Virus record (IMG/VR): IMGVR_UViG_3300030098_006079
DNA length: 64,000 nucleotides
Direction: 5' to 3' (one strand)
Source: a virus
Lineage: Duplodnaviria > Caudoviricetes
Below, one piece after another: positions 19,798-29,739 of this stretch. Within the stretch, counting starts at the first letter, position 1. Each line of letters begins with the position of its first letter. The position numbers were made by a program, and so were the translations under genes. The notes beneath the pieces are model-generated. The model ran no database searches. It was not told where the DNA came from and saw only the letters and a list, made by a program, of their open reading frames with translations.

Positions 19798-20272
19798 TAA
19801 GCAACAAAAAGCATATGACGCGCAGTTAGATAAAATGAATTTAACTGACAGCCAACGCGACGGGTTCGACCATTCAGCAAAACGTAGCTTAATTGATTTT
19901 GATACATATCAGAACACCGATAGTTTTAGTCTACATGGTTATAGTTTGAGTCAGGTTATGGATGATATTGTTTTAGCGCAATATGTTGACCTAACTGAAG
20001 ATGGTACTGCTGTTAAGCGCGGAGAAATTTTCATTCCATTATCACAAGTACAGAGAACATGGAGAATGGCTCGCGTCGTTTTAGCTGGACCTATGTGTAA
20101 GTTCGCTAAACCAGGTGACATTGTTTGCTTCCCTGACGATAAAGGAATTAAAGTCGATAATTTGACAGTTACTGGTTATGACCTGCCTTTGAGGAATTGT
20201 TTGTTTTTAAATGAGCAGCGCTTTTTTGGTATATGTGAAGAGTTAAAAGAAGATGATAATAGGTCTGAGTAA
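19790..20272 (+). CDS. groES: GroES-like co-chaperonin (functional analogue of T4 gp31)
   Basis: DIVLAQY, GEIFIP, ARVVLAGP, AKPGDIVCF and FLNEQRFFG. Confidence 0.7.
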   Translation: MNSKQQKAYDAQLDKMNLTDSQRDGFDHSAKRSLIDFDTYQNTDSFSLHGYSLSQVMDDIVLAQYVDLTEDGTAVKRGEIFIPLSQVQRTWRMARVVLAGPMCKFAKPGDIVCFPDDKGIKVDNLTVTGYDLPLRNCLFLNEQRFFGICEELKEDDNRSE

Positions 20273-20630
20273 TCTGAAATCAATCTTACTTAGTAAGGTT
20301 TGTGAGGTTAAATTTACTAGACGAAATATTAAGCCTGGTCGTCCAGCAACTCGACGTATGTTATGTACTAACAATGTACAATTACTAAACTCAGTTGAAG
20401 GGCGTACCGTACTAAATTATGCACCACCTGTTCGTGCTCCGAAATATAATCCTAATCAAGAAAATTTAATCATTACATGGGACATATTAATGCAAGACTT
20501 TCGTACTATCAATTGCGATACAGTTGATTTAGTAAGTACGTTAGAAGCTGATCAAAGCTTTTGGAGTTATTTAAATGAAAAAATCGCTCCTATGACAGCT
20601 GATGAAAAAATTAATTTTATGAATACATGA
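20253..20630 (+). CDS. DUF2693/WYL-like SH3-fold phage protein
   Basis: VCEVKFTRR, RRMLCT and ITWDILMQDFRTI. Confidence 0.55.
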   Translation: MIIGLSNLKSILLSKVCEVKFTRRNIKPGRPATRRMLCTNNVQLLNSVEGRTVLNYAPPVRAPKYNPNQENLIITWDILMQDFRTINCDTVDLVSTLEADQSFWSYLNEKIAPMTADEKINFMNT

Positions 20631-20953
20631 CGTACGACGTAGTTGAAAATACATTAAAATCTCTATTACAGTCTAATGTAAGAATTGTCTCGAAGAAGAG
20701 ACAATTAGGGATTGGTGTGGTACAATTATTCGAAATAAAAGACTTTAACATTAAATTAATTTTTGATAACGGAAAAAAATTAGAAATATTATACCCATAT
20801 AATATTTTTAAAGAAAAGGGAACTCTTTTCTTCGATTACCGTTTAATCCATATCCACCAAGATGATATTATTTGGCGACCACAATGCAATAGATTAATCA
20901 CCAATAAACGCAACAAATATAATGACTTGCTTCTTTCTATAGAAAAGTTATAA
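20627..20953 (+). CDS. Hypothetical protein
   Basis: Translationally coupled ORF; no motif recognised. Confidence 0.5.
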   Translation: MTYDVVENTLKSLLQSNVRIVSKKRQLGIGVVQLFEIKDFNIKLIFDNGKKLEILYPYNIFKEKGTLFFDYRLIHIHQDDIIWRPQCNRLITNKRNKYNDLLLSIEKL

Positions 20954-20954
20954 T
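20927..20954 (+). promoter_or_regulatory. Sigma70-like early promoter
   Basis: TTGCTT-N16-TATAAT, ending 8 nt before the ATG at 20963. Confidence 0.55.
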
Positions 20955-20962
20955 GTGCGTAT

Positions 20963-22630
20963 ATGGTGAGACATTTCCCTAAAGGCTTTACTCCTAACGG
21001 CAATCAAAAGCTCGCACTAGAAAGAATTGATGAAGCGTTCAATAATGGTGTTAAGTTTGTTGTTGTTCAAGGCCCGACAGGTTGTGGTAAGAGCTATATA
21101 GCTAAAGCAGTAGCTAATAGTACCTCACCGATCCCTCAAGTATTACGCGACCGTATAAATGATTACTCTGCATATAATGTAAAATGGTCAAACGGGGAAT
21201 TTGATTATGAATATGCAGATGATTTTAATGAAAAGGGTTACGGAGCTTCTATCTTAACCACTACAAAAAATCTACAAGATCAATATGAAAGAGACTTTAA
21301 AGATATAGAGCCATTAAAAGGTAAAAATTCCTACATATGTAATTTAAATAATAGAGATACAGCTGATAATGCTCCGTGTGCGGTGAGCACTAACGTAAAA
21401 CGGTCCTGTTGGGATTGTAAGCAGTGTGATTATTATGAGCAAAGAAACAAATCAATTAGCTCAAAAATAAGTATTGAGAATTATTCTAGTTTTTTTCACA
21501 AACCAGATCATCTTAAGAATAGAGAAATAATAATTTGTGACGAAGCATCCGAGTTAGAGGATGTTATCGTAAGTAGGTTTAGTTGTACTCTAGAGCATGG
21601 TAAATTACGTAAGCATGATCTTTCTATCCGATATACAGATAATAGAAAAGTATTCAAAGCCCGGTTATTTGATTTGTATGAGGATGTTAAAATAAAGTAC
21701 GATCAAGCGCGCAAGATAATTACCACACATGAAAACAATCAGAAGGATATTGTCCCCACTGTCAAAGATTCAACTAGGCAGAGTTATAAATTTTTAGGTG
21801 ATCTTAAAAACTCGCTTAAACTTGTCGTAGAAACATGGTCCCAATCCAATTACATTATTAATAAAGATGTAGATAATGGTAGATCGTATATAAAATTAAT
21901 TCCTCTTAAGGTTGATGTATTAGCGCAACACTTATTTAGGTATGCAGATAAGGTTTTGCTATTGTCAGCTACGTTTGTGGATTATAAACGCTATATGATA
22001 TCGCTAGGTGTGGAGCAAGATAATTATACATTTATAGATTTACCGTCAAGCTTTGATTCAAAAAAATCGCCTATAAGATTGATGCCACTTTCTATTAATA
22101 GAAAAAATATTGAATCCCTGATGCCTACAGTAGTTAAACGTATTAACTATATTCTCGATCTTCATAAACATGATAAGGGTATGATACATACTCAATCTAA
22201 TGATATCACAAGTAAGCTATATGATAGAATAACTGATAAGAGATTGTTGTATAGGATAAGAGGAGAAGCGACTAATAAAGATATATTAGAAGAACATGTT
22301 CGTAGAAAGGATCCTACAGTATTGGTGAGCCCGTCTATGAGCTTTGGTGTAGATCTGAAAGGAGACTTAGGCACATTCTGTATTGTAGTAAAGACACCAT
22401 GGCCTGATCTAAATTCACCGCGCGTTAAAGCTATGACTGAGTTAGCTGGTAAGTGGTATAATAATAAGATGTTTTCTACTCTCATCCAGCAATGTGGACG
22501 GTGTACAAGAGATGTGAACGATATATCTACTACATATATTATTGATGGTGGTCATATATTAAGGCTAATTAACGAGCAAAACTATAGTGAGTTATTACCT
22601 AAATATTTTACAGACCGGTTTCGTGATTAA
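20963..22630 (+). CDS. DinG/Rad3 (XPD)-like SF2 DNA helicase
   Basis: Q motif (PNGNQ), GPTGCGKS, CDEAS, LLSAT, VSPSMSFGVD and IQQCGRCTR; Cys cluster at about 21330-21430. Confidence 0.85.
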   Translation: MVRHFPKGFTPNGNQKLALERIDEAFNNGVKFVVVQGPTGCGKSYIAKAVANSTSPIPQVLRDRINDYSAYNVKWSNGEFDYEYADDFNEKGYGASILTTTKNLQDQYERDFKDIEPLKGKNSYICNLNNRDTADNAPCAVSTNVKRSCWDCKQCDYYEQRNKSISSKISIENYSSFFHKPDHLKNREIIICDEASELEDVIVSRFSCTLEHGKLRKHDLSIRYTDNRKVFKARLFDLYEDVKIKYDQARKIITTHENNQKDIVPTVKDSTRQSYKFLGDLKNSLKLVVETWSQSNYIINKDVDNGRSYIKLIPLKVDVLAQHLFRYADKVLLLSATFVDYKRYMISLGVEQDNYTFIDLPSSFDSKKSPIRLMPLSINRKNIESLMPTVVKRINYILDLHKHDKGMIHTQSNDITSKLYDRITDKRLLYRIRGEATNKDILEEHVRRKDPTVLVSPSMSFGVDLKGDLGTFCIVVKTPWPDLNSPRVKAMTELAGKWYNNKMFSTLIQQCGRCTRDVNDISTTYIIDGGHILRLINEQNYSELLPKYFTDRFRD

Positions 22631-22639
22631 ATATTTATA

Positions 22640-23323
22640 ATGAAAAATCAATACTATGGTTTTGAGTTAAAAGACATGATAAGGCAGTTTATTTCTGCCT
22701 TCAATAGTATTGTTGTCAATAGATATAATAGAGACAAGAGCGTAGTCGACCAGCTTGCAGTTAGTTTTTATTATGGTCCGAAAGAAAGAGCGATACATGA
22801 TGTAATTAATAAAGCATCATCCTTGAAGCTGCCCGTTGTAGCAGTTCATTATACATCTATTAATAGAGACCCAGATCGAGTTTTTAATAAGATACCTGGT
22901 TTTTATTATACAAAAGCCCCATCTGTGAGCGCTGGTGCTCTTGATTCTGACCATTTAAAAACACCACTCCCAGTTAACGTTGGTATTAAAATGTCTATAA
23001 TGACAAAGTTTCAAACTGATATGGATCAGATTATTAGTAACTTCGCCCCATATAATAATCCATATATTGTTATTAGCTGGAAAATACCAACATCCCAAAA
23101 TTTAGCTAGTAACTATGAAATAAGGTCTGAGGTAATGTGGTCTGGAGATATTAGTCTAGATTATCCTATTGAAGTTACTGGTACACAACCAGCGCGTATT
23201 ATAGCTAGTACTGATTTTACTATCAAAGGTTGGTTATTCAAAGGACCGCCTGAGGAAGATACAAAAAATATATTCACTATCGATCAGCGGTTTGTCCCTG
23301 TTAGTGCTTTTAATTATGAGTAA
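22640..23323 (+). CDS. gp15: Tail terminator / sheath stabiliser (T4 gp15-like)
   Basis: FISAFNSIVVNR, YGPKER, LPVVAV, PVNVGIKMSIMT, QIISNFAPY and FTIKGWLF. Confidence 0.75.
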   Translation: MKNQYYGFELKDMIRQFISAFNSIVVNRYNRDKSVVDQLAVSFYYGPKERAIHDVINKASSLKLPVVAVHYTSINRDPDRVFNKIPGFYYTKAPSVSAGALDSDHLKTPLPVNVGIKMSIMTKFQTDMDQIISNFAPYNNPYIVISWKIPTSQNLASNYEIRSEVMWSGDISLDYPIEVTGTQPARIIASTDFTIKGWLFKGPPEEDTKNIFTIDQRFVPVSAFNYE

Positions 23324-23795
23324 GTTCATTAAATTAGATTCTACGCTTACGTCAGTTACTTCTTTTAGTGGTAATTTTGATGCGAGAGAGTTATCTGCAA
23401 GACCGGAATTTTCAGCTGATAATACTTATACTACTCTCAAACAAGGCTTTTCTGGTACTAGAACATTTACAGGGTATGGTTTTGATTCAGTACAAACTGT
23501 CCTTATCAGTTCAACGAATAATGCTATGTTGTTTACGAGCGAGACTACAGCTGCTCATTTTGGTAATTGGCCAATATCTGGTTTTTCATCTTTCTCTACA
23601 TTATGTGATGGTGCGACGTTGTCTCCTGAACTTTCAGGACTAATATTCAGCAATTATACAATAAATAACTATAATAGTATGACTCTTACGTTTCCTGAAA
23701 TAACAGCAACTGGCTCTATTGATATCATTCCTATTAATGCTGCAGGTTATGGTAGTTTAGTAAACGATATAAATACGACAATAACGATAAATTAA
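23316..23795 (+). CDS. Putative virion structural protein (Ser/Thr-rich, Ig-like)
   Basis: S/T/G-rich, beta-rich composition; ends IDIIPINAAGYG; located in the structural module. Confidence 0.45.
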   Translation: MSKFIKLDSTLTSVTSFSGNFDARELSARPEFSADNTYTTLKQGFSGTRTFTGYGFDSVQTVLISSTNNAMLFTSETTAAHFGNWPISGFSSFSTLCDGATLSPELSGLIFSNYTINNYNSMTLTFPEITATGSIDIIPINAAGYGSLVNDINTTITIN

Positions 23796-23815
23796 TATGG
23801 TAATTATACCGCGCT

Positions 23816-25243
23816 ATGAGCAATTATACTGAACAAGAACTTCGACTTTTAAAAGATAAAGTCGCTACGTTATTTAATTCCAATGATAACTGGAAGGGTA
23901 TAGGCATACAGCGTAAGGAAAAAAATGGTCAATTAACAGAAGATCTAGCTATCACATTAACAGTAGATGAAAAATTACCTGAAGAAGAAATAGATAGTAA
24001 TGATTTATTCCCACAGAGTATTACTATACCTGGATTAAGTGAACCAGTTAAAACAGATGTACAAGTAGGGCCTACTGAGGTAGTAATTGAGCCTGTTTGT
24101 TACACATTACCTACACCTGGGTTAGATTTTTTAGCAACAATGCCTGTAAGTGGTAATAGAGCATCTCATAGACCGATGATGGGTGGCATTAGTTGTAGTA
24201 TTATGCCTCCTGGAGGTTATGGTGATTCGGCTAAAAATACTGGTACACTCGGTGGTTTCTGTATTGATTTAGATGATAATACTGTAGTAGGGGTTAGTAA
24301 TAATCACGTAATGGGTGGTAATCAATTACGTGGAGATGTGCTTCCTACAAGCGCATATGAATCAGAGTTTGGATTAACTTATTGGTCTTTTTTGTCTGCT
24401 AACGACACTACTGTGTCAGAAAATGAAACAAGATATCCTGTATATCAAAGAAGTAATTGGGATAATTTTAACACTTACAAATATAATTTAGATAATTTAA
24501 AAGTAGGTACAGTGAAACGAGCTTATCCTTTTACAAGTACAAATAATAAAATTGATGTTGCGATATTTGCGATAGACACAACGGTGCCGAATTTATTTAA
24601 TAAGAATGAAACTTGGAAGCAATACTTACTTAATAGACAGGATGTAGATATGGCAGACCCTGTACAGGGTGTTTCTGCTATGTCGTTTGCTACTACTGCT
24701 GAAATAGATAGTTTAATGACGACAAACTTCGAGACACCATGTTTTAAATCAGGAAGAACATATGGGCCTTTAGGATATCCAGGTAATGTACCTTACACAT
24801 GCAATGATAGTAATACAGGTACTTTAAGTGCTTATTCAGTTACGTATTCAACAAACGTAAACTTTGGTGATAATATAGGTTCTCTTGGTTTTATTGAACA
24901 AATACGTCTGAAGGGTAATCATGATGCATCTGCTGGAGGAGATTCTGGTAGTTTTTGGTGTGCTTTGTTTAATCAAGGTAACCCTTCTTTATCTGCATGG
25001 AAAATTATCGGTCTTCATTTCGCTGGAAGTGGTGACACTGCAGTCGCTAATAGAATAGACAACGTAGCAGAGATGTTTAATTTATCCGCATATAGAGGAG
25101 AAGATTTAGATATAGGTTATAGAAATACTAATATAAAAGTTGTTGATAGCCGTCAAACAGCAATTACTGCAAGAATAGGTGGTAGAATGTATTGGCAAGC
25201 TGGATCTACGAACGAACCTGCAAATGCACAGTTTGATACATAA
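23816..25243 (+). CDS. Nal1-like trypsin-fold serine protease
   Basis: GTLG, SNNHV (His at 24305), IDVAI (Asp at 24554), KSGRTYG, GGDSGS (Ser at 24944) and IIGLHFAG. Confidence 0.8.
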   Translation: MSNYTEQELRLLKDKVATLFNSNDNWKGIGIQRKEKNGQLTEDLAITLTVDEKLPEEEIDSNDLFPQSITIPGLSEPVKTDVQVGPTEVVIEPVCYTLPTPGLDFLATMPVSGNRASHRPMMGGISCSIMPPGGYGDSAKNTGTLGGFCIDLDDNTVVGVSNNHVMGGNQLRGDVLPTSAYESEFGLTYWSFLSANDTTVSENETRYPVYQRSNWDNFNTYKYNLDNLKVGTVKRAYPFTSTNNKIDVAIFAIDTTVPNLFNKNETWKQYLLNRQDVDMADPVQGVSAMSFATTAEIDSLMTTNFETPCFKSGRTYGPLGYPGNVPYTCNDSNTGTLSAYSVTYSTNVNFGDNIGSLGFIEQIRLKGNHDASAGGDSGSFWCALFNQGNPSLSAWKIIGLHFAGSGDTAVANRIDNVAEMFNLSAYRGEDLDIGYRNTNIKVVDSRQTAITARIGGRMYWQAGSTNEPANAQFDT

Positions 25244-25267
25244 CTATAATGAATAAATAATATTACA

Positions 25268-27058
25268 ATGGCAGACGACGGAAAACAAGGAACATTTGGT
25301 AGAGGTTTACAGAAGTTTATCTCTAATAACCTCCCATACAGATCACCAGCAGCTATTATAGATGATGTAGCGCAACAGAACCCTAAGTTCAAAGAATTTT
25401 ATAAAGCAGGTACTGTACGAAAAGAATTACTTGCTAGTCATTCAGTTATTGCTCCTAAGCTTCCTGAATCAGCTCATCCTGTTGGATCGTTTTTAGCTGA
25501 TAAAGCATATAATGAACTAATGTACGCAACTCTCGACGTTGATAAGTATCGTCGATTAAGAGATTATAGAGTAATGGCTCAATTTGCAGAGGTTGCTGAT
25601 GCATTAGATGAAATATGTGATGAGTTTTTAAACGAAGACGATCACGGTCAAATGATTTCTCTTAAAATTCGAGATGAAAAAGAATTCGACCCGCTAGTTT
25701 CAAAAAGTATAAATAAAGAATTTAACAAATTTATTAATTTGTTTGACTTTAAAGAAAAGGCATGGGAGTATGTTAGGTCATTATTAGTTGATGGTGAATT
25801 ATATTTTGAAAATGTAATTCACGAGAAGCATGTCAAAGAAGGTATTTTAGGAGTTATTAACGTACCGACTCAAGCAATTGACCCTGTGTATGATAATTAT
25901 CAAAACATGCACGTTAAAGCTTTCTTATTACGTAAAGCTAAACACCATAAAGAAGAAGACGAACAGTTTACTTCAATGCAAGATAAAGATTTTATTCCTA
26001 TGGAAAAAAATCAGATTACATATATTAACTCTGGTACATGGAATGAAAATAAAACTTTTAGAATACCATTTATTGAGAACGCAAGAAGAGCTTACAGACA
26101 GTTATCCTTAATTGAAGATTCTATTATTATATATCGGTTAGTAAGAGCGCCAGAAAGATTAATCTTTAATGTTGATGTAGGTAACATGAGCCCACCTAAA
26201 GCAGAAGCTTATTTAAGAAAGCTTATGCAAAACTATTGGAGTAAAAAGGCGTTCAGCTTAGATGAGGATAAGAGAGTAAATTCCTTTAACCCACAATCTA
26301 TACTTGACGCATATTGGTTTCCAAAAAGAGAGGGAAGTACAGGTACGGAGGTAAATACATTACCTGGGGGTCAGAATTTAGGAGAGTTACAAGACTTGGT
26401 ATATTTTGTCAAAAAATTATATAAAGCTCTTAAGGTACCTACTAACAGAGTCGATACAGAGAATTCACAATATAGTGCTGATGCAAACGTCTTGAGAGAA
26501 GAGTTAAAGTTTGCTAACTTTATTGTTAGATTACAGTCTCAATTCGCATTAGGTATTAAAGATGCTTTTGTCACCCATTTAAAATTACGTGACGTATGGA
26601 AGCAATACGACATGCGTGAGAATTCATTTGACTTACAATTTACCCCACCCCGTAATTATTTTGAATTACGGAGACAACAAATTCTCGATCTTAAATTGAA
26701 TAACTTTACAAATGTAGCTGCTAACGAATCTATTTCTCAAGGTTATAGTCAAAAAGAATATCTTGGTTGGACAGATGAGCAGATAAAAGCTAATAGAGAG
26801 TGGTTACGTAAGGATGCTGCTTTACAGCATGAATTAGAACAAATCCGTGGTGGTGGTGCTGATTGGGCTGCTGGAGGAGGCGCTGCTCCGCCTCCTATGG
26901 GTGGCGCTGCTGCACCAGCTGGTGGTGATGATACACCTCCTGATTTAGGTCCGGGCACGCCTCCTGACACTGGAGATGCAGGAGATGCAGGAGGAGATGC
27001 TGCAGCTCCTACACCAACCCCTACCCCAGGGGGTGAAACTTCAGCGTTGCCAACATAA
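25268..27058 (+). CDS. gp20: Portal vertex protein
   Basis: LIEDSIIIYRLVRAPERLIFNVDVGNM, YWFPKREG, LPGGQNLGE and ELKFANFI; low-complexity G/P/A/D tail. Confidence 0.95.
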   Translation: MADDGKQGTFGRGLQKFISNNLPYRSPAAIIDDVAQQNPKFKEFYKAGTVRKELLASHSVIAPKLPESAHPVGSFLADKAYNELMYATLDVDKYRRLRDYRVMAQFAEVADALDEICDEFLNEDDHGQMISLKIRDEKEFDPLVSKSINKEFNKFINLFDFKEKAWEYVRSLLVDGELYFENVIHEKHVKEGILGVINVPTQAIDPVYDNYQNMHVKAFLLRKAKHHKEEDEQFTSMQDKDFIPMEKNQITYINSGTWNENKTFRIPFIENARRAYRQLSLIEDSIIIYRLVRAPERLIFNVDVGNMSPPKAEAYLRKLMQNYWSKKAFSLDEDKRVNSFNPQSILDAYWFPKREGSTGTEVNTLPGGQNLGELQDLVYFVKKLYKALKVPTNRVDTENSQYSADANVLREELKFANFIVRLQSQFALGIKDAFVTHLKLRDVWKQYDMRENSFDLQFTPPRNYFELRRQQILDLKLNNFTNVAANESISQGYSQKEYLGWTDEQIKANREWLRKDAALQHELEQIRGGGADWAAGGGAAPPPMGGAAAPAGGDDTPPDLGPGTPPDTGDAGDAGGDAAAPTPTPTPGGETSALPT

Positions 27059-27066
27059 ATAATTAT

Positions 27067-28416
27067 GTGGCAACGGATACATGGTCAGACAATTACTTAA
27101 GCGCTGGTAGTCATTTATATTCTACCTATCTTGCTAATGCTGTTAATGGTTATGAAAGATTAGCAGACAGAATTACATACGCGCTTGGATATCCAATAGT
27201 TAATCTTGAGTTACATGGTAACCAAATATTTACTAATATAGCTCTCTCATTAGAAATGTTTAGTAAGTATGCTGGGTATACTGAAGAGCATTTAGTATTT
27301 GATAGTGATAAGTACACCCGTGGTAAAGGCTTAGATATAGCTGAGCTTTTAACTCTCACACCAGAGCTTACCGCTACATATGAATCTACTATAGAAGTAA
27401 CTACAACTACTTCAACAAACGTAGCAACAACAACTGCAAAGAATTTTGACGCAAATAGTGAAGGTACATTTATATCATTGTTCGAGTTTAATGTTGGTAA
27501 TACCGCTGTTGATCCATCAGAATATACATTTACAATTACATTAAACGATTCTAATGTACAAGTTTCTAAAGCATTAGTTGTTGCAGTATCAGGAGATACT
27601 GATAGTGAATCAGCTGATGTTAGTTTAACTCAATATGGTGATGTGTTTACTACATCTACTGAAATTTTTGATGTAAGTGCGATTCCAGGAACTACTAGCG
27701 AACAAGTAGGTGGTAGTTTCACAAACAATGTATCAGTAGGTGTTATACTTGGTAGTGAGATGACTAAAGCAGGATCAGTTAACGCTAACCGTAATGCTGT
27801 TTCTACAGACGCAACTACAACTGAGACATTAACAAGCCAAAGGCCTATTATTGGTAATTTCGATGACCTTACAAAACAAAAACGTAAAGTAATAGATGTA
27901 TATAGTCATGAAGAGGCTGCAAGTAGTAGTTTAAATACATTATTCACTATCGAACAAACTTTAGCGCAACAAACTTATTTTAGTTATGCAATGGGTAATT
28001 ATGGTTTTGACTTAATAAGCTGGTATGTATTAAAGCAATGGTTAGAGACAAGAGAAAAAATGCTTTCTACAAAGCGTTACTTTAAGTTTGATGAGCGTAC
28101 TCAACATTTATTGCTGTTACCAGAACCAAAAGAAAAAGAACGCTTTTACGGTGTTGTGAGTTGTTATGTAGAAAAACCGATTCGTTTTCTCATCAAAGAA
28201 CCTTGGGTGTATCAATATGCTTTAGCCTTAACAAAAATAACTCTTGGTCGAGTTCGTGGTAAGTTTGGTAACGCTCAGCTATTTGGTGGTACAAGCTTAG
28301 ATACGTCGATATTACAAGAAGGTTTGCAAGAGAAGAAAGAGTTAGAAACAATGCTAACTTCTGGTGCTGCCCCTGGTTTTGGTGATGCCGCTCCTCCAAT
28401 GTTTTTTGTAGGTTAA
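27067..28416 (+). CDS. gp13: Neck protein (T4 gp13-like) with an internal insertion of about 160 aa
   Basis: LGYPIVNLEL; C-terminal WVYQYALALTKITLGRVRGKF and LFGGTSLD. Confidence 0.8.
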   Translation: MATDTWSDNYLSAGSHLYSTYLANAVNGYERLADRITYALGYPIVNLELHGNQIFTNIALSLEMFSKYAGYTEEHLVFDSDKYTRGKGLDIAELLTLTPELTATYESTIEVTTTTSTNVATTTAKNFDANSEGTFISLFEFNVGNTAVDPSEYTFTITLNDSNVQVSKALVVAVSGDTDSESADVSLTQYGDVFTTSTEIFDVSAIPGTTSEQVGGSFTNNVSVGVILGSEMTKAGSVNANRNAVSTDATTTETLTSQRPIIGNFDDLTKQKRKVIDVYSHEEAASSSLNTLFTIEQTLAQQTYFSYAMGNYGFDLISWYVLKQWLETREKMLSTKRYFKFDERTQHLLLLPEPKEKERFYGVVSCYVEKPIRFLIKEPWVYQYALALTKITLGRVRGKFGNAQLFGGTSLDTSILQEGLQEKKELETMLTSGAAPGFGDAAPPMFFVG

Positions 28417-28886
28417 TGAGCATACACAAAAAAGGTGATTTTAAAAAGGGTGTATACAGACCTATTTACCGACAAAAATTTAAAGGTAAAAAATATCCTG
28501 TCTATCGTAGTTCGTGGGAACTACATTTTTTTCGCTGGTGCGACTATAATAATAATGTTTTAGAGTGGACTAGTGAAGGTATAGTTGTCCCATATATTAG
28601 CCCTCTTGATACTAAGACACATAGATACTTCGTTGATAATAGTTTAGTGTTAAATCAGCGAGGTAAGAATGTAAAATACTTAGTAGAAATTAAACCTTTT
28701 ACTCAAACTCAAAAGCCAGTTATGAGAGGTCGTAAGAAACAAAGTACGTTTTTACATGAGCAAGCTACGTATGATGTTAATCAAGCGAAATGGAGAGCCG
28801 CTAAGCAATGGGCGGATGATCATGGGTACAAGTTCCTTATATTAACTGAAAAGGAATTATTTAGCGGAAAAAGCGCAAAGAGATAA
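28416..28886 (+). CDS. gp4: Head completion nuclease (T4 gp4-like, TnsA fold)
   Basis: YRSSWE, WTSE, VPY, HRYFVD, VEIKP and NQAKWRAA. Confidence 0.9.
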   Translation: MSIHKKGDFKKGVYRPIYRQKFKGKKYPVYRSSWELHFFRWCDYNNNVLEWTSEGIVVPYISPLDTKTHRYFVDNSLVLNQRGKNVKYLVEIKPFTQTQKPVMRGRKKQSTFLHEQATYDVNQAKWRAAKQWADDHGYKFLILTEKELFSGKSAKR

Positions 28887-28905
28887 TAAATATTTTATAA
28901 GGCAT

Positions 28906-29562
28906 ATGTCATTTAAACTTTTAATCGAAAAAACTGACCCTCAAGAGTTTGAATATATTCTCGAAGAGAAGAATACTAAAGAAGCTCCACGGTTGTATAT
29001 CAAAGGACCGTATATGATGGCAGATGGTGTTAACAAAAACAATCGCGTATATGATCTTGATAATATGATTGAAGAGGTAGCGCGGTATGAAAAAGAAATG
29101 ATTAATGCAGATCGCGCCATGGGAGAGTTAAATCACCCTACTACTGCTGAAGTAGATTTAGAAAGAGCTTGTCATATTGTAACTGAAATGACTCAAGATG
29201 GTAGTACGTTTATTGGTAAAAGCAAAGTTTTACAAACACCATGTGGTGAGATTGTTCGAAAGCTTGTTACTGATGGTGTAAGAGTAGGTATGTCCTCAAG
29301 AGCATTAGGCAAGATTGATCAACAAGGAGAGGTTGGTAAAGTTAGTGAGATGAAACTTGTTGCTATTGATTGTGTTGCTGACCCATCCTATTCAGATGCA
29401 TTTGTAAATGGTATTTTAGAATCTAAACAATGGATTCTAAATAAAGACGGTTCGTTTGAAGAGCATTATGACAGGTTCGAAGAGAGTTTAAACAAACTAC
29501 CGCGCAATGATGTTAATGATTATCTAACAGAAAAAATCATTGCTTTCATTAGAAATATTTAA
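28906..29562 (+). CDS. gp21: Prohead core protease
   Basis: NKNNRVY, GELNHP, GMSSRALG and DCVADPS. Confidence 0.93.
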   Translation: MSFKLLIEKTDPQEFEYILEEKNTKEAPRLYIKGPYMMADGVNKNNRVYDLDNMIEEVARYEKEMINADRAMGELNHPTTAEVDLERACHIVTEMTQDGSTFIGKSKVLQTPCGEIVRKLVTDGVRVGMSSRALGKIDQQGEVGKVSEMKLVAIDCVADPSYSDAFVNGILESKQWILNKDGSFEEHYDRFEESLNKLPRNDVNDYLTEKIIAFIRNI

Positions 29563-29590
29563 AAAAGACGTTAGGATAAGATAAATAATT

Positions 29591-29737
29591 ATGATGGATC
29601 AAAAACAACAGATCAGATCTTTTATCGCTAATATTATCGATAAAAATTATGCTAGTGCGCATAAGAATTTAAAAAGCGTCACAGACGCTAAAATAAAAGA
29701 AAGAATCACTAACGCAAAGAAAAAGGATTTATTTTAA
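29591..29737 (+). CDS. Small prohead core protein (gp67/gp68-like), absent from the ORF track
   Basis: 48-aa ORF MMDQKQQIRSFIANII...KKDLF between gp21 and gp22, preceded by a TAAATA box. Confidence 0.55.
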   Translation: MMDQKQQIRSFIANIIDKNYASAHKNLKSVTDAKIKERITNAKKKDLF

Positions 29738-29739
29738 TC

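Noticed and set aside
27065-27069. Out-of-frame ATG overlapping the GTG start of gp13 (a similar case occurs at 15926/15930) as a frameshift or sequencing error
   Set aside because: The GTG frames give complete proteins and the ATG frames close within 12 codons; there is no evidence of recoding.
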